A stretch of DNA of 64,000 nucleotides from an uncultured Eubacteriales bacterium (lineage in GTDB: Bacteria; Bacillota; Clostridia; TANB77; CAG-508). The notes below the pieces were generated by a model. That model saw only the letters and a program-made list of their open reading frames with translations, was not told the DNA's origin and ran no database searches. Below, in pieces: positions 21,078 through 31,550 of the stretch. The position numbers and the translations under genes are program-made. Numbering within the stretch: the first letter of the stretch is position 1; every line of letters starts with the position of its first letter. The stretch spans positions 150,978 through 214,977 of the forward strand of contig CAJKVH010000001.1 in the NCBI GenBank assembly GCA_905203305.1. Reading direction: 5' to 3'.

Positions 21078-22632
21078 TTACTCCTTTTCTTCTATAATAG
21101 TAAATCTTTCTAATGTTGTAACTTTATATTCTGAATAATCAATATCTAGTTTCTTACCATTTTGAACTACATAAACAGCTTTTTCTTTCCCAATATTTTC
21201 AGGTATATAAAAATTATATTTTCCAAAAGATTTTACTTGGTCAAAATTTTGTCCTTTTGTATAATACTCTACTGTATTATTAAAATCTTTTGTGTTATAT
21301 TTACTATATAAACTTACATATATATATGGTTCTGTAAAAGATTTATCTATATATATTTTATCTACATCTAAATTATCAACGTATTCTACCATTTCTTGTA
21401 TATCTGTTTCAAAATATGCTGTGTTTTTACTTCCTAAATAAAAATAATTATAATCAAATGCTAAGAAAGCTATTACATACATCAAAATCATAATATTTCT
21501 TGCTTGAGGTATATTTTCCATTACTAGTTTTATTCCAACAACAGTATAATAAACTAATGGAAGAATAAAGCAGTTGCACCTATTTGTATTTGGTTCACAT
21601 ACAAACAATAATAAAAATGCTGCTATAAACCATATATTAAAACAAATATTTATATTTTTTGTTCTATTTTCTTTTGAAAAACTTTTTCTTATTCCCATTA
21701 AAGTAAAAGGTAATGAAAATACATATGTTATTCCAAAGAAACTAATCATATTCCAAGGATGATCTCCTGTTTGTCCAATAAACAATTTCATTGAATCAAC
21801 AAAATTTTGAATACTTACTTGTAAGAAGTCCTTTGAGAATATTGATGAAATCTCTTGATATCTATTTGCTGTTAGCCTTGGAATTGTTATAAATAGTATT
21901 TTTAATTCTGGTAAATCAAAAGTATTTATAATAACATATAATATTAGTGGTAAATCTACCACAATGACAATTGCTAAAGATCTTATAGCTTGTTTAAATG
22001 TGATTTTTTTTGTCTTCATTAAAATTATTAGTAATGGTATAACAAATACTGGTAAAAAGAAATATGATGTTCCGGTATGAATATCCTGCAAGTGCTAAAA
22101 CACCAAACCCTATGTATAAAAATTTATAATCTTCTTTTCTTATTGCTTCCAATATTAAAAATATTGCCCATAATATTAAATCTGGAAATAAATTTGACTC
22201 TAATCCCCATCTACTTTTCATTATATGCCATGGACAAATAGCCAAAAAGAATAATCCTATCAAAGCAATCTTTTTATTTTCATTTCTTTTCAATAGCTGG
22301 TAAAATACAAACAACGATATACAGCCTACCAAAGCCATTGGTAATCTAATTGCTAATGTATTTACTCCTAATATTGCAATAAAAAATGTCATAATATATG
22401 AATATAAAACATTTTGTCCACTTCCCCATGCGATAAATTGAACTGGAAATGATTTATTGTGTCTGTCAACCCCATAATTTAAAATTGAAAACGCTTCATA
22501 TCCAGCCGATGCTTCATCTTGATTTAAGCCTTTAGGTAATACATCTATACAAACTAGTCTGACTACAATTCCAATTATAAATATTAATGCTACTAGAATT
22601 TTGTATTTATTTTTTTCTAATATTTCTTTCAT
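21078..22632 (-). pseudogene. GT-C (GT39/ArnT-like) membrane glycosyltransferase, interrupted: needs a +1 shift at TAC-CGG-A (possible programmed recoding)
   Basis: Track ORFs 21994-22632 (N-terminal, first-loop LNQDEASAGYEAF motif) and 21078-22091 overlap by 98 nt. Reading ...GYSY then skipping C (22074) gives GGA ACA TCA = GTSYFFLPVFVI, the downstream ORF. Combined length about 518 aa. Confidence 0.75.
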
Positions 22633-22663
22633 TTGGACTCCCTTCTATATTACATCTTTTGAA

Positions 22664-23614
22664 TTATTTTTCATTCATTTCTTTTTTTCCATTATATTCT
22701 TTTACAAAATATAGTGGTCTATTTTTAGTTTCATTAAAAATTCTACCTAAGTATTCTCCAACTATTCCAAATAATAAAATTTGAATTCCAGAGAAAAATA
22801 AAATTAATAGAATTATAGCTTGAAAAGCTTGAACTACTGTATGAGTTACAAAACATTTTGCAATAACATATATTACATATATTCCAAGAACTACAAATGT
22901 TGGAATTGCAAAATATGTTGCAAGTCTTAATGGCGAAGTTGTAAATGATGTTATACCATTTATTGCAAGATCAACTAATTTAATGTAATTCCACTTTGTC
23001 TTTCCTGCAACTCTTGGTGGTCTATCAAATAAAACTTCTTTTTTATTATAACCAATCCAGCTAAACATGCTTTTTAAACATCTTTCAGATTCTGTCATTT
23101 CCTTTAAAGCATTTATACATCTTCTATCTATTAATCTATAGTTTCCAGTGTCTTTTTGAATTTCTACATTTGTCATTTTTTGTAAAACTTTATAATACAT
23201 TTTAGATGTAAATTTCTTTAAAAATCCTTCGCCTGTTCTTGTTCTTCTTCTTGCATAAATATCATCATATCCTTCTTCCCAGTGTTTTACAAGTTCTGGA
23301 ATTAATTCTGGTGGATCTTGAAGATCTGCATCCATAAATATTGCACAATCTCCTGTTGCATAATCAATACCAGCAGCCATGGCAATTTCTTGTCCAAAGT
23401 TTCTTGAAAAATCAACATAATTATATCTCTCATCTTTTTTTCTAAAATTTTTTATTATTTCTAATGACTTATCTTTGCTTCCATCATTTATAAACAACAC
23501 TTCAAAATCATAGTTTTTCATTTGCTCCATAATTTCATTTAATTTTTCATATAAATATGGTAATGATTCTTCTTCATTATATGTAGGAATTATTATAGAT
23601 ATTTTCTTGTTCAT
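22664..23614 (-). CDS. GT2 polyprenyl-phosphate glycosyltransferase (GtrB/CsbB/ArnC-like)
   Basis: ISIIIPTYNEE...DGSKD...DADLQDPPE motifs plus two C-terminal TM helices. Confidence 0.85.
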   Translation of the reverse strand: MNKKISIIIPTYNEEESLPYLYEKLNEIMEQMKNYDFEVLFINDGSKDKSLEIIKNFRKKDERYNYVDFSRNFGQEIAMAAGIDYATGDCAIFMDADLQDPPELIPELVKHWEEGYDDIYARRRTRTGEGFLKKFTSKMYYKVLQKMTNVEIQKDTGNYRLIDRRCINALKEMTESERCLKSMFSWIGYNKKEVLFDRPPRVAGKTKWNYIKLVDLAINGITSFTTSPLRLATYFAIPTFVVLGIYVIYVIAKCFVTHTVVQAFQAIILLILFFSGIQILLFGIVGEYLGRIFNETKNRPLYFVKEYNGKKEMNEK

Positions 23615-23644
23615 ATATTAAATCCTTTCTTTTTACGTTTCAAA

Positions 23645-24583
23645 TTATTTGTCTATATTTATTGTTTTTTCAATTATATATTGTGGACGAGATTTGCTTT
23701 CATCATATATTCTTCCAATATATTCTGACATAATCCATATAGAAAGAAGTTGTACACCACTAAATAGTGTAACTGTTACCATAATAGATGTCCAACCTGC
23801 TGTTAAGTTGTTTAACCCACATATATAAGAAATTAATGAATATATTAATATTATAATAGATATAAATATTGATAGTATTCCTAAAGCTCCGACAATTTTT
23901 AGAGGTTTTGTTGAAAAACCAATTATTCCATCTGATGCAAGTTTTAACATTTTCTTTAATGGGTATTTTGTCTTTCCTGCAAAACGTTCTTTTCTTTCAT
24001 ATTCATAAGGTATTTGTTTAAATCCAATCCATCCCCATAATCCTCTTAAAAATTTATTGTGTTCTGGCATTTGATTCATTACATCTATAACTTTTCTATC
24101 TACTAATCTGAAATCTCCTGTATCTTTTGGAATATCAACATCTGATAAAGCATTTAAAGTTTTATAAAACATTTTTGCTGTTAATAATTTAAATACAGAT
24201 TCTCCTTCTCTTGTTTTACGTTTTCCATAAACAACTTCATTTCCTTCTTCCCAAAGTTTTAACATTTCTGGAATTAACTCTGGTGGATCTTGAAGATCTG
24301 CATCAATTATAACTGCACAATCTCCTGTTACATATTTTAATCCTGCAGTTACTGCACATTGATGTCCAAAGTTTCTTGCAAAAGAAACTATTTTTAATTT
24401 GTTATCTTTTAGAGCTAATTCTTCTAATATTGGTAAAGTTTTATCTTTACTTCCATCATTTACACATATTAATTCATAATCATATCCATCAATTTTACTT
24501 AAAACTTCTGTCATCTTTTTGTAACATTCATTTGCTACTTCTTCTTCATAATACATTGGTATAACTACTGATATTTTTTTCAT
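23645..24583 (-). CDS. GT2 polyprenyl-phosphate glycosyltransferase (GtrB/CsbB/ArnC-like), paralog
   Basis: Same architecture and motifs (DADLQDPPELIPEM) as the neighbouring gene. Confidence 0.85.
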   Translation of the reverse strand: MKKISVVIPMYYEEEVANECYKKMTEVLSKIDGYDYELICVNDGSKDKTLPILEELALKDNKLKIVSFARNFGHQCAVTAGLKYVTGDCAVIIDADLQDPPELIPEMLKLWEEGNEVVYGKRKTREGESVFKLLTAKMFYKTLNALSDVDIPKDTGDFRLVDRKVIDVMNQMPEHNKFLRGLWGWIGFKQIPYEYERKERFAGKTKYPLKKMLKLASDGIIGFSTKPLKIVGALGILSIFISIIILIYSLISYICGLNNLTAGWTSIMVTVTLFSGVQLLSIWIMSEYIGRIYDESKSRPQYIIEKTINIDK

Positions 24584-24615
24584 TTTTATACATTCCTTTC
24601 TTTTTTACAACATAT

Positions 24616-26149
24616 TTATGTATTTTCTTTTTCTAATCTTTTTATCTTATGTTTTTTAAAACTAATTTTACTTGTAAGATATTCTATACCGATTGAAGCC
24701 ACAGGCATAAGCATTATTACATATGGAAGAGTGTATCTCGATTTCATTTCCCATATTGTATGGAACAAAACTCCTCCAATAAATATAGTAATTAACAGAA
24801 TTAATTCATTTGACAAATTTTTTCTGTTTTTTAATATTGCTATAAAAGCTCCTCCGTATATCAAAATTGTTATTGCTTTTTGATATATTTCGCCTACCTT
24901 ATATTTTTTTGTATTCATTATATCATTTATTACTTTGTCCTTATCTTCCACTCCAACATTATACCAAATACTTTGAAAATAAGGATCAATCCATCCAGAA
25001 ATTGTCTTTTCCCAATAAAAACTAACTGTATATCCAGGATGTTTTATTAATTCTTTTATTCTAGCTTTTACTTTTTGTGGATATGTTATATGTGAAAGAG
25101 GCGTATCTTTCCATGCTTCTGCTGCTAAATCACTATACCATCCATTTGCTCTGTAACTTTCGTTCATTCCTACATAAAGCCATATACTTGTTGGAAGTGC
25201 TTGTTCTTTATCATACCCAAATCTATTACTACAATAATTTTTTAATATATTAAATGGCATTAATGCAATTAATATAAAAACTATTATACTAATAGATGAA
25301 TTTATTATTTTCCTTTTTTCTTTTTTTGCTATATCTTGTATTAAATATAGTACAAAATATATAATTATTGCTAATATCACAATTACATAATTCATTTTTG
25401 TAACATAAGATAGACACATAAAAATTGAAGATACTATTAGCCTTATAATATTTCCCTTTTCTTTATAATCTATTGCAAAATATATTCCTGCAACACACAA
25501 TGCCATTCCTATGTAGTCACCATATACATATGTTGTAAGCAAAATTAGAGGTATAAAAGTCAAAAACATTATTCCATAGCCCAATTTACTTACTTTATAT
25601 TTTTTTTCTAGCTTTTCTAATATTAAATACATAAATATAAATGTTATTATATTAGCCAAAATATTTATATATTGAATTAACCTATAATTTGTTGTTCCAA
25701 ATACTTTGTATATTGTCCCTATAACAAATATTGTTCCCATTTGATTTGGATATTTTTCAATATATCCGCTTGTTCTTATTTTTTCATATTCTCCGTTTAG
25801 CAAAACATACCGCTAAATCATTAACACTCTTCGAATCATCAATTGGTACAACAGTAGCATTTTTTACCCAATACATTGAACATAAAAAATAAATAATTAT
25901 TGCACCAATAATGCAAACTAATTTAACCTTTTTAGATATTTTTATGTCTTTTACTTTTTTTAATATACTTAAAATTATAAAATCAATTGCTATATAAACA
26001 AATAATCCTACACTTGTTGTTAAATTTATGAATACATTTTCAAAAAAGTTTTTTACTACTGATACATACATTAAACTCATTAAAGTTAATATAGCAAGTA
26101 TAATAATAGATATTATTGCTACAACATTTTTTGCTATTTTATTAATCAT
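24616..26149 (-). pseudogene. GT-C-type membrane glycosyltransferase, interrupted: needs a +1 shift at AAA-CGG-A (possible programmed recoding)
   Basis: Track ORFs 25784-26149 and 24616-25803. The junction reads ...DLAVCFAK-CGG-AGA-ATA-TGA. Skipping C (25795) gives GGA GAA TAT = GEYEKIRTSGYIEKYPNQ. Combined length about 511 aa. Confidence 0.75.
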
Positions 26150-26167
26150 CTTTTTTCCCCCATAATA

Positions 26168-27640
26168 TTAATATCTGCACAAATATAATGTATCTCCGTC
26201 AAAAACTAATTGGCTATCATCAAAACTTTTCCAGTCTTTTTTTTCAAAATCTTTCTCTTTTTCTTGATTTGTTTCTACAACTGTTAGATTTCTTCCTGTA
26301 TAATATTTGATTATAGCTTTTATACTCCAGTCTTTATAGTATGCTTTTATATTTGTATCACCTGTTGCAAATATGCCAGCATATGTATACTCTAAAGATT
26401 TATCTCCATATATACCTATTTTAGTAATTTCTTTACCCGTTTCTTTTTCATACTTATCAATCTTTTCAATTACATTTCTTGTTACTTCATAATCTATTGC
26501 ATTTAATTTATATCTATCTGTTTCTATTAAATTAAATCTATTAAATTGAACCACTAATAATATCGCACTTATTGTATACACTAAATATTTAACTTGTACT
26601 TTTACATCATAGTTCATAAATAAATATAGTACTAAAACTCCATATAATGCTGCATAAGAATATGTGCTTCTTGCAACAAACCATATAGAATCTGTATTTT
26701 GCATAAGTTGAGGAGCAACTGTACCTATGATAGTTCCTGCAATAATATATAATACTTTTATTACATCTATAATCTTATTTTTTATATCACATTTTTTTAT
26801 AATTATTTGATAAATTATTATTGCAATTATTATAAGTATTAAAGTTAGCAATAAATATTTTGGTAATATTCCATATGTATTTTTAATCATTCCTAAAGTA
26901 TTTGAACATACTTTTTTTATTGATTCTGCCAATCTAATATTCCCGCTTACTCTACTAGAGCTACATACCAGTTTTATTAATACATAGTCTATTAAAGCTG
27001 GTATTCCATAACTTGCAGCAGCAACCACATTGTTTATTATGAATTCTTTTATATTTTTTGAATATTTCAATATATAAACTACAGCTAAAGCTATAAAAAT
27101 TCCAACTGTTCCTTGGTATGAGAAATTTGCTAATAACATAAATATAGATGTAGTTATCAAATATTTATTTTTCTTTTCCTCTAGCCATTTTTTTATTTCT
27201 CCAACTGCAAATATTGACATCATGACAGAAAATATCATGATTCCTTTTTCTATAAATAAAAATAATTCTATAGAAAAGGCATTTAATATTACTAATATTG
27301 GTATTATTTTTCTAATGCCTTTACTTTTTATGTCTTTTTCCAGCATATTATATAATTTAAACATACTTATAGTCATACAAACTATTGCTAATATAAATGA
27401 AACCATATAACTCGTCTCTGGTTTTAATTCTAATACTTTTAAAATTCCTCCTGCAACTATTAATACAAATCTTCCTGATGATGCAAATTGATTAAAAAAC
27501 TCTTTCATTGAAAAAGTAAGTGTTGCATAAGAATCTACCGCAAATTCAATTGCATTAAGCGTTCCAAAAAATATTAAAACCACTGCTAGAAAAATATATA
27601 GATTCTTGTCACATATTATTTTTTTTAGTTTCTCTTTCAT
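26168..27640 (-). CDS. Polytopic membrane protein, GtrC/glucosyltransferase-II-like
   Basis: About 12 TM segments plus a C-terminal soluble domain. The ATG at 27640 (MKEKLKK) has an AAGGAG RBS. The track start at 27667 overlaps the upstream gene. Confidence 0.45.
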   Translation of the reverse strand: MKEKLKKIICDKNLYIFLAVVLIFFGTLNAIEFAVDSYATLTFSMKEFFNQFASSGRFVLIVAGGILKVLELKPETSYMVSFILAIVCMTISMFKLYNMLEKDIKSKGIRKIIPILVILNAFSIELFLFIEKGIMIFSVMMSIFAVGEIKKWLEEKKNKYLITTSIFMLLANFSYQGTVGIFIALAVVYILKYSKNIKEFIINNVVAAASYGIPALIDYVLIKLVCSSSRVSGNIRLAESIKKVCSNTLGMIKNTYGILPKYLLLTLILIIIAIIIYQIIIKKCDIKNKIIDVIKVLYIIAGTIIGTVAPQLMQNTDSIWFVARSTYSYAALYGVLVLYLFMNYDVKVQVKYLVYTISAILLVVQFNRFNLIETDRYKLNAIDYEVTRNVIEKIDKYEKETGKEITKIGIYGDKSLEYTYAGIFATGDTNIKAYYKDWSIKAIIKYYTGRNLTVVETNQEKEKDFEKKDWKSFDDSQLVFDGDTLYLCRY

Positions 27641-27650
27641 CCTATTCTCC

Positions 27651-28427
27651 TTATAATTGCTCTGCAAATCCTTTTTGTAATTTGCTATAAATTAAATATC
27701 CTACGACACATCCAACTATAGCTATTGCTAATACTATAAATAATGGTTTTAGTTCTATCATTGAGTGTGAATAAAAAATACTTCTATATGCATTTATTAT
27801 ATATGTCATTGGATTATATTTTAAAATCCATTGATATTCTGCTGGAATACTACTTGGTGCATAAACTATTGGTGCTGCATAAAACAATAACTGCAATGCA
27901 ATTCCTATAAAATGTTGTAAATCTCTAAGATATACACATACACTTGAAATAATTAATGATATTGCAAGTATAACTAAATATTGCGTTATAAAAATCAAAG
28001 GATAAAATATCATAAATCTTGATAATCCCATTCCAGAAAATATTACAAAACCTAGTATTATTATTGTCGAAATAAGGAAATTTACTGCTTCTCCTGTTAC
28101 AACAGATATTGGTATTATCTCTCTAGGAAAATATACTTTTTTTATAATATTCCCATTTTCTATAAATGTAAATGCTGCTTTATTTATTGCTGCTGAAAAA
28201 AATGTCCAAGGTATTAATCCACAACAAAGAAATACCGTATAATGCTCCATTGGATTTTTTAATATTAGAGAAAATACTATTCCATATACTGCTATTTGAA
28301 GTAACGGATTTAAAAATGACCATAAAACTCCTAAAAATGAATTTTTATATTTACTCCTCACTTCTTTTTTTACACTTGTTTTTAATAATTCTCTATAATT
28401 GTATAAATTTTTAAAAACTTCTTTCAT
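27651..28427 (-). CDS. ABC-2 type polysaccharide/teichoic-acid export permease (Wzm/TagG-like)
   Basis: 6-TM ABC-2 pattern (RSKYKNSFLGVLWSFLNP). The ATG at 28427 overlaps the upstream TAA (TAATG) and has a GGGAG RBS. Confidence 0.85.
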   Translation of the reverse strand: MKEVFKNLYNYRELLKTSVKKEVRSKYKNSFLGVLWSFLNPLLQIAVYGIVFSLILKNPMEHYTVFLCCGLIPWTFFSAAINKAAFTFIENGNIIKKVYFPREIIPISVVTGEAVNFLISTIIILGFVIFSGMGLSRFMIFYPLIFITQYLVILAISLIISSVCVYLRDLQHFIGIALQLLFYAAPIVYAPSSIPAEYQWILKYNPMTYIINAYRSIFYSHSMIELKPLFIVLAIAIVGCVVGYLIYSKLQKGFAEQL

Positions 28428-30730
28428 TAATGTTTCTCCCATCCTATTATTTGTTTTATTTTATCATAAATTCCTATTCTTCTTAAAAGAACTACTATTG
28501 GATGTTTTATTTTATATTCTAATGTCTTTTCGTAAAATTGCTCCTTTTTAGCTTTTTCATCATATTTTAAGATAATATGTATATTATCTGCATTAAATTT
28601 GTTTGCCATCCATTCATATTCAGATTTGCTTTCTATTAAATATTGAGTAATTAGTTCTTTTGTTATTTCTATATTTCTTTTTAACCCATATCCATTTTCA
28701 ATCTTTTCATTACTTGGATTCTGTTTTAAACTATCAAATTCCTTTTCCATTTTTTGTACCATATTATCAATTGTAAATCCATTTAAAATTCTATTTCTAC
28801 AATTTTTCTTAAAATCATTTATGTTATTTAATACTTTTTCTATTCCAACAACATAATTTAAAATTTCTTCTTCTTTATAATTATAATTCCAAATGTCTGT
28901 TTCTTTTTGCATACATGGTACTACAACTCCAACTGAACTATTGATAAGTTCTTTTTGCCCACCGGCATCAACAGAAACTACAGGTACTCCCATTGATAAA
29001 GATTCATAAGATGTTAAAGCTAAGCCTTCTTTTATTGAGCAATTTACTGTTAAATCACTTATTTTGTACACTTTTCTAGTTTCTTTTACATTTCCTAAAA
29101 ATACAAACTTATCTTCTAGTCTATATTTTTTTATTCTTTTTTTCATCTCCGATAAAAATGGACCCTCGCCTGCAACTACTATCAAAAAGTCACTTCTTTT
29201 TTTGCTTAATTCTTTTACTATTTCTACAAATAAATATGGCCTTTTTTGTTCTGCGATTCTACAAATATAGCTTATTATAAATTTACCATTTGGCACTATT
29301 TTATATTCTTCTAAAATCTGATTTCTATCTAACAGTTCTGGATCAAACTTTTTCTCGTCAACTCCTATATAAACAGTTTCAACTTCATCTTTATTTTTAT
29401 TAAAATAATCCTCAAAAATTTTTTTACTATTTCCATTGCATGTATATGTTTTGTCTATTACAGATTTTATTCTAGCAGAATCTCTTGAAAATCCGCCTTT
29501 TCTTGCATACCACTCTTCCATATGAACATAATCTATTATAGGAATTTCTGGATATTTTGCTTTTAAATATGGAAGTGAATTATATCCAAATTGACTATTT
29601 GTATTAAATATTATATCAACATTATTTTTGTTTATTATATAATTTATAAAGCTTATCCAATCTTTTCTATCTAAGAAAGATGTTAAATCATAAACTGTTG
29701 CATATTTTTCGAAATCTTGTCTCCAATCATTAGTGCTTGGAAGCATTGAAATTATGGTAAATTCATATTTTTCTTTATCCATTCTGGAAATTAAATCTAA
29801 ATTAAACTTATCTGCTCCTCCTGTTACCATCCATGGAATTATCATTAAAATGTTTGTTTTTTTATTTTTAGATTTTTTTACATTTACAATATTGGGATAA
29901 TTTTCAATAATTGTATCCCAATCATAGTCTTGTTTCGGATATTGAATTCCTGGTTTTGTATATACAATATCTCTTTTTACGCTTTCTACTATTTTTAATG
30001 CTCTCTTATCATTTTCAGATTTTGATTTTCTAAGTTCACTTTCTTCTAAAGGTTTTATTCTATACCAAGTAAGCAGTGAACTTATTCTTACAGGAAATTT
30101 TCCTGCTTTTATTAGTTTAAGCCATAAATACCAGTCTTCATAAATTTTCTTTTCTTTTAAGCCAAATCCCCCGACTTCCTCAATTGCACTTTTTCTAACA
30201 AATGAACACATCATTAATATATTCTCATCTTTTTCCCATTCTGGATTGTACCATTTTCTCCATAAAAATTCTTGTCCATCAAAATTTATTACATCTGTAC
30301 ATGCCCATGAAGCTTCTGGATGTGTTTCTAATGTCCAATAGCAACATTCAAAATATGTTTTATCTATTTGATCATCAGAATCCAAAAACATTATATACTT
30401 TGTAGATGGATTTGTTCTTTTTAACGCATAATCTCTAGCTGCAGCTGGTCCTTCATTATTTTTTCTAAATACCTTTATTCGGCTATCCATTTTTTTTATA
30501 GTTTCTAATTTAGTTACCGCTTCTTCGTCTGTAGATTCGTCATCAACAATTATCCATTCCCAATATGGAAATGTCTGATTAAAAATCGAATTTGCTGTTT
30601 CTTCTATATATTTTTGAGAATTATAATAAGGTGTAACTATAGATATTAATGGTTTTTGCTTTAAATCTATTTCAAAATTTTCTCTATTTAATTCTCTCCC
30701 TGGATTTAATCTATAATCTATTTTTAACAT
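28427..30730 (-). CDS. Bifunctional glycosyltransferase (N-terminal GT2, C-terminal GT4/GT1-type)
   Basis: ISIVTPYYNSQKYIEE...IIVDDESTD for GT2. A C-terminal GT-B segment (E..GLALTSYESLSMGVPVV). Confidence 0.8.
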   Translation of the reverse strand: MLKIDYRLNPGRELNRENFEIDLKQKPLISIVTPYYNSQKYIEETANSIFNQTFPYWEWIIVDDESTDEEAVTKLETIKKMDSRIKVFRKNNEGPAAARDYALKRTNPSTKYIMFLDSDDQIDKTYFECCYWTLETHPEASWACTDVINFDGQEFLWRKWYNPEWEKDENILMMCSFVRKSAIEEVGGFGLKEKKIYEDWYLWLKLIKAGKFPVRISSLLTWYRIKPLEESELRKSKSENDKRALKIVESVKRDIVYTKPGIQYPKQDYDWDTIIENYPNIVNVKKSKNKKTNILMIIPWMVTGGADKFNLDLISRMDKEKYEFTIISMLPSTNDWRQDFEKYATVYDLTSFLDRKDWISFINYIINKNNVDIIFNTNSQFGYNSLPYLKAKYPEIPIIDYVHMEEWYARKGGFSRDSARIKSVIDKTYTCNGNSKKIFEDYFNKNKDEVETVYIGVDEKKFDPELLDRNQILEEYKIVPNGKFIISYICRIAEQKRPYLFVEIVKELSKKRSDFLIVVAGEGPFLSEMKKRIKKYRLEDKFVFLGNVKETRKVYKISDLTVNCSIKEGLALTSYESLSMGVPVVSVDAGGQKELINSSVGVVVPCMQKETDIWNYNYKEEEILNYVVGIEKVLNNINDFKKNCRNRILNGFTIDNMVQKMEKEFDSLKQNPSNEKIENGYGLKRNIEITKELITQYLIESKSEYEWMANKFNADNIHIILKYDEKAKKEQFYEKTLEYKIKHPIVVLLRRIGIYDKIKQIIGWEKH

Positions 30731-30746
30731 TTCTTATCCTTTCTGC

Positions 30747-31502
30747 TTACGAGTTTTGTTTTATATATTCATCTACAACTGTATTTGTTTCTCCATCCAT
30801 TTTTATTTCTCCATTGCATAACCATACTGCTCTATCACATAAATTTCTTACTGATTGCATACTATGAGTTACAAATACCATTGTTTTCCCTTTTTCTTTC
30901 AATTCTCTCATTTTATTGAAACATTTATTTTGGAAATGTTCATCTCCAACTGATAAAATTTCATCTATTAAAAGTATATCTGCATCAACGTTTATTGCAA
31001 CTGAAAATGCAAGTCTCATATACATTCCAGAAGAATAAGTTCTTACAGGATTGTCTATAAATGGTCTAAGTTCTGAAAATTCAATTATATCTTCAATTCT
31101 TTCATCGATTTCTTTCTTGGTTAATCCAAAAATTGAAGCATTAAAATATATGTTTTCCCTACCAGAAAAATCTGGATGAAACCCTGCACCTAATTCTAGT
31201 AAAGATGTTAACTTTCCTTCTGTATATATTTTTCCTTTATTCGGATATATAATTTTTGTCATAAGCTTCAAAAGTGTTGATTTTCCACTTCCGTTAGTTC
31301 CAATTAATGCAACAACCTCTCCTTTTTTTATCTTAAGATTTATTCCTTTTAAAACCTCTCTTTTTTCTTTTCGATTTCTACTTTTAAAGAAAAGCAATTT
31401 TTCTTTTATTGTATTTGCCTTATCCAAGTAAACATTAAAAGTTTTATACACATTATCAACTATTATTTTATAATCTCCTGAGTTCTCTTGCATTTTTTTC
31501 AT
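30747..31502 (-). CDS. ABC transporter ATP-binding protein for polysaccharide/teichoic-acid export (Wzt/TagH-like)
   Basis: Walker A GTNGSGKST, signature YSSGM, Walker B ILLIDE. RBS spacing fits the second ATG (31493) better than the first. Confidence 0.9.
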   Translation of the reverse strand: MKKMQENSGDYKIIVDNVYKTFNVYLDKANTIKEKLLFFKSRNRKEKREVLKGINLKIKKGEVVALIGTNGSGKSTLLKLMTKIIYPNKGKIYTEGKLTSLLELGAGFHPDFSGRENIYFNASIFGLTKKEIDERIEDIIEFSELRPFIDNPVRTYSSGMYMRLAFSVAINVDADILLIDEILSVGDEHFQNKCFNKMRELKEKGKTMVFVTHSMQSVRNLCDRAVWLCNGEIKMDGETNTVVDEYIKQNS

Positions 31503-31550
31503 CCTTTCTTCTTTTTTGTATTATATCAGATTTTGTCACAATGTCAAAAA

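Noticed and set aside
22004-22011. The homopolymer (A8 on the coding strand) inside the overlap of the split GT-C gene, as a slipped-strand phase-variation switch.
   Set aside because: The hydrophobic TM-like reading of the downstream frame already begins about 60 nt upstream of the tract, right at the CGG. The tract is read in frame (MKTKKIT) in the downstream ORF.
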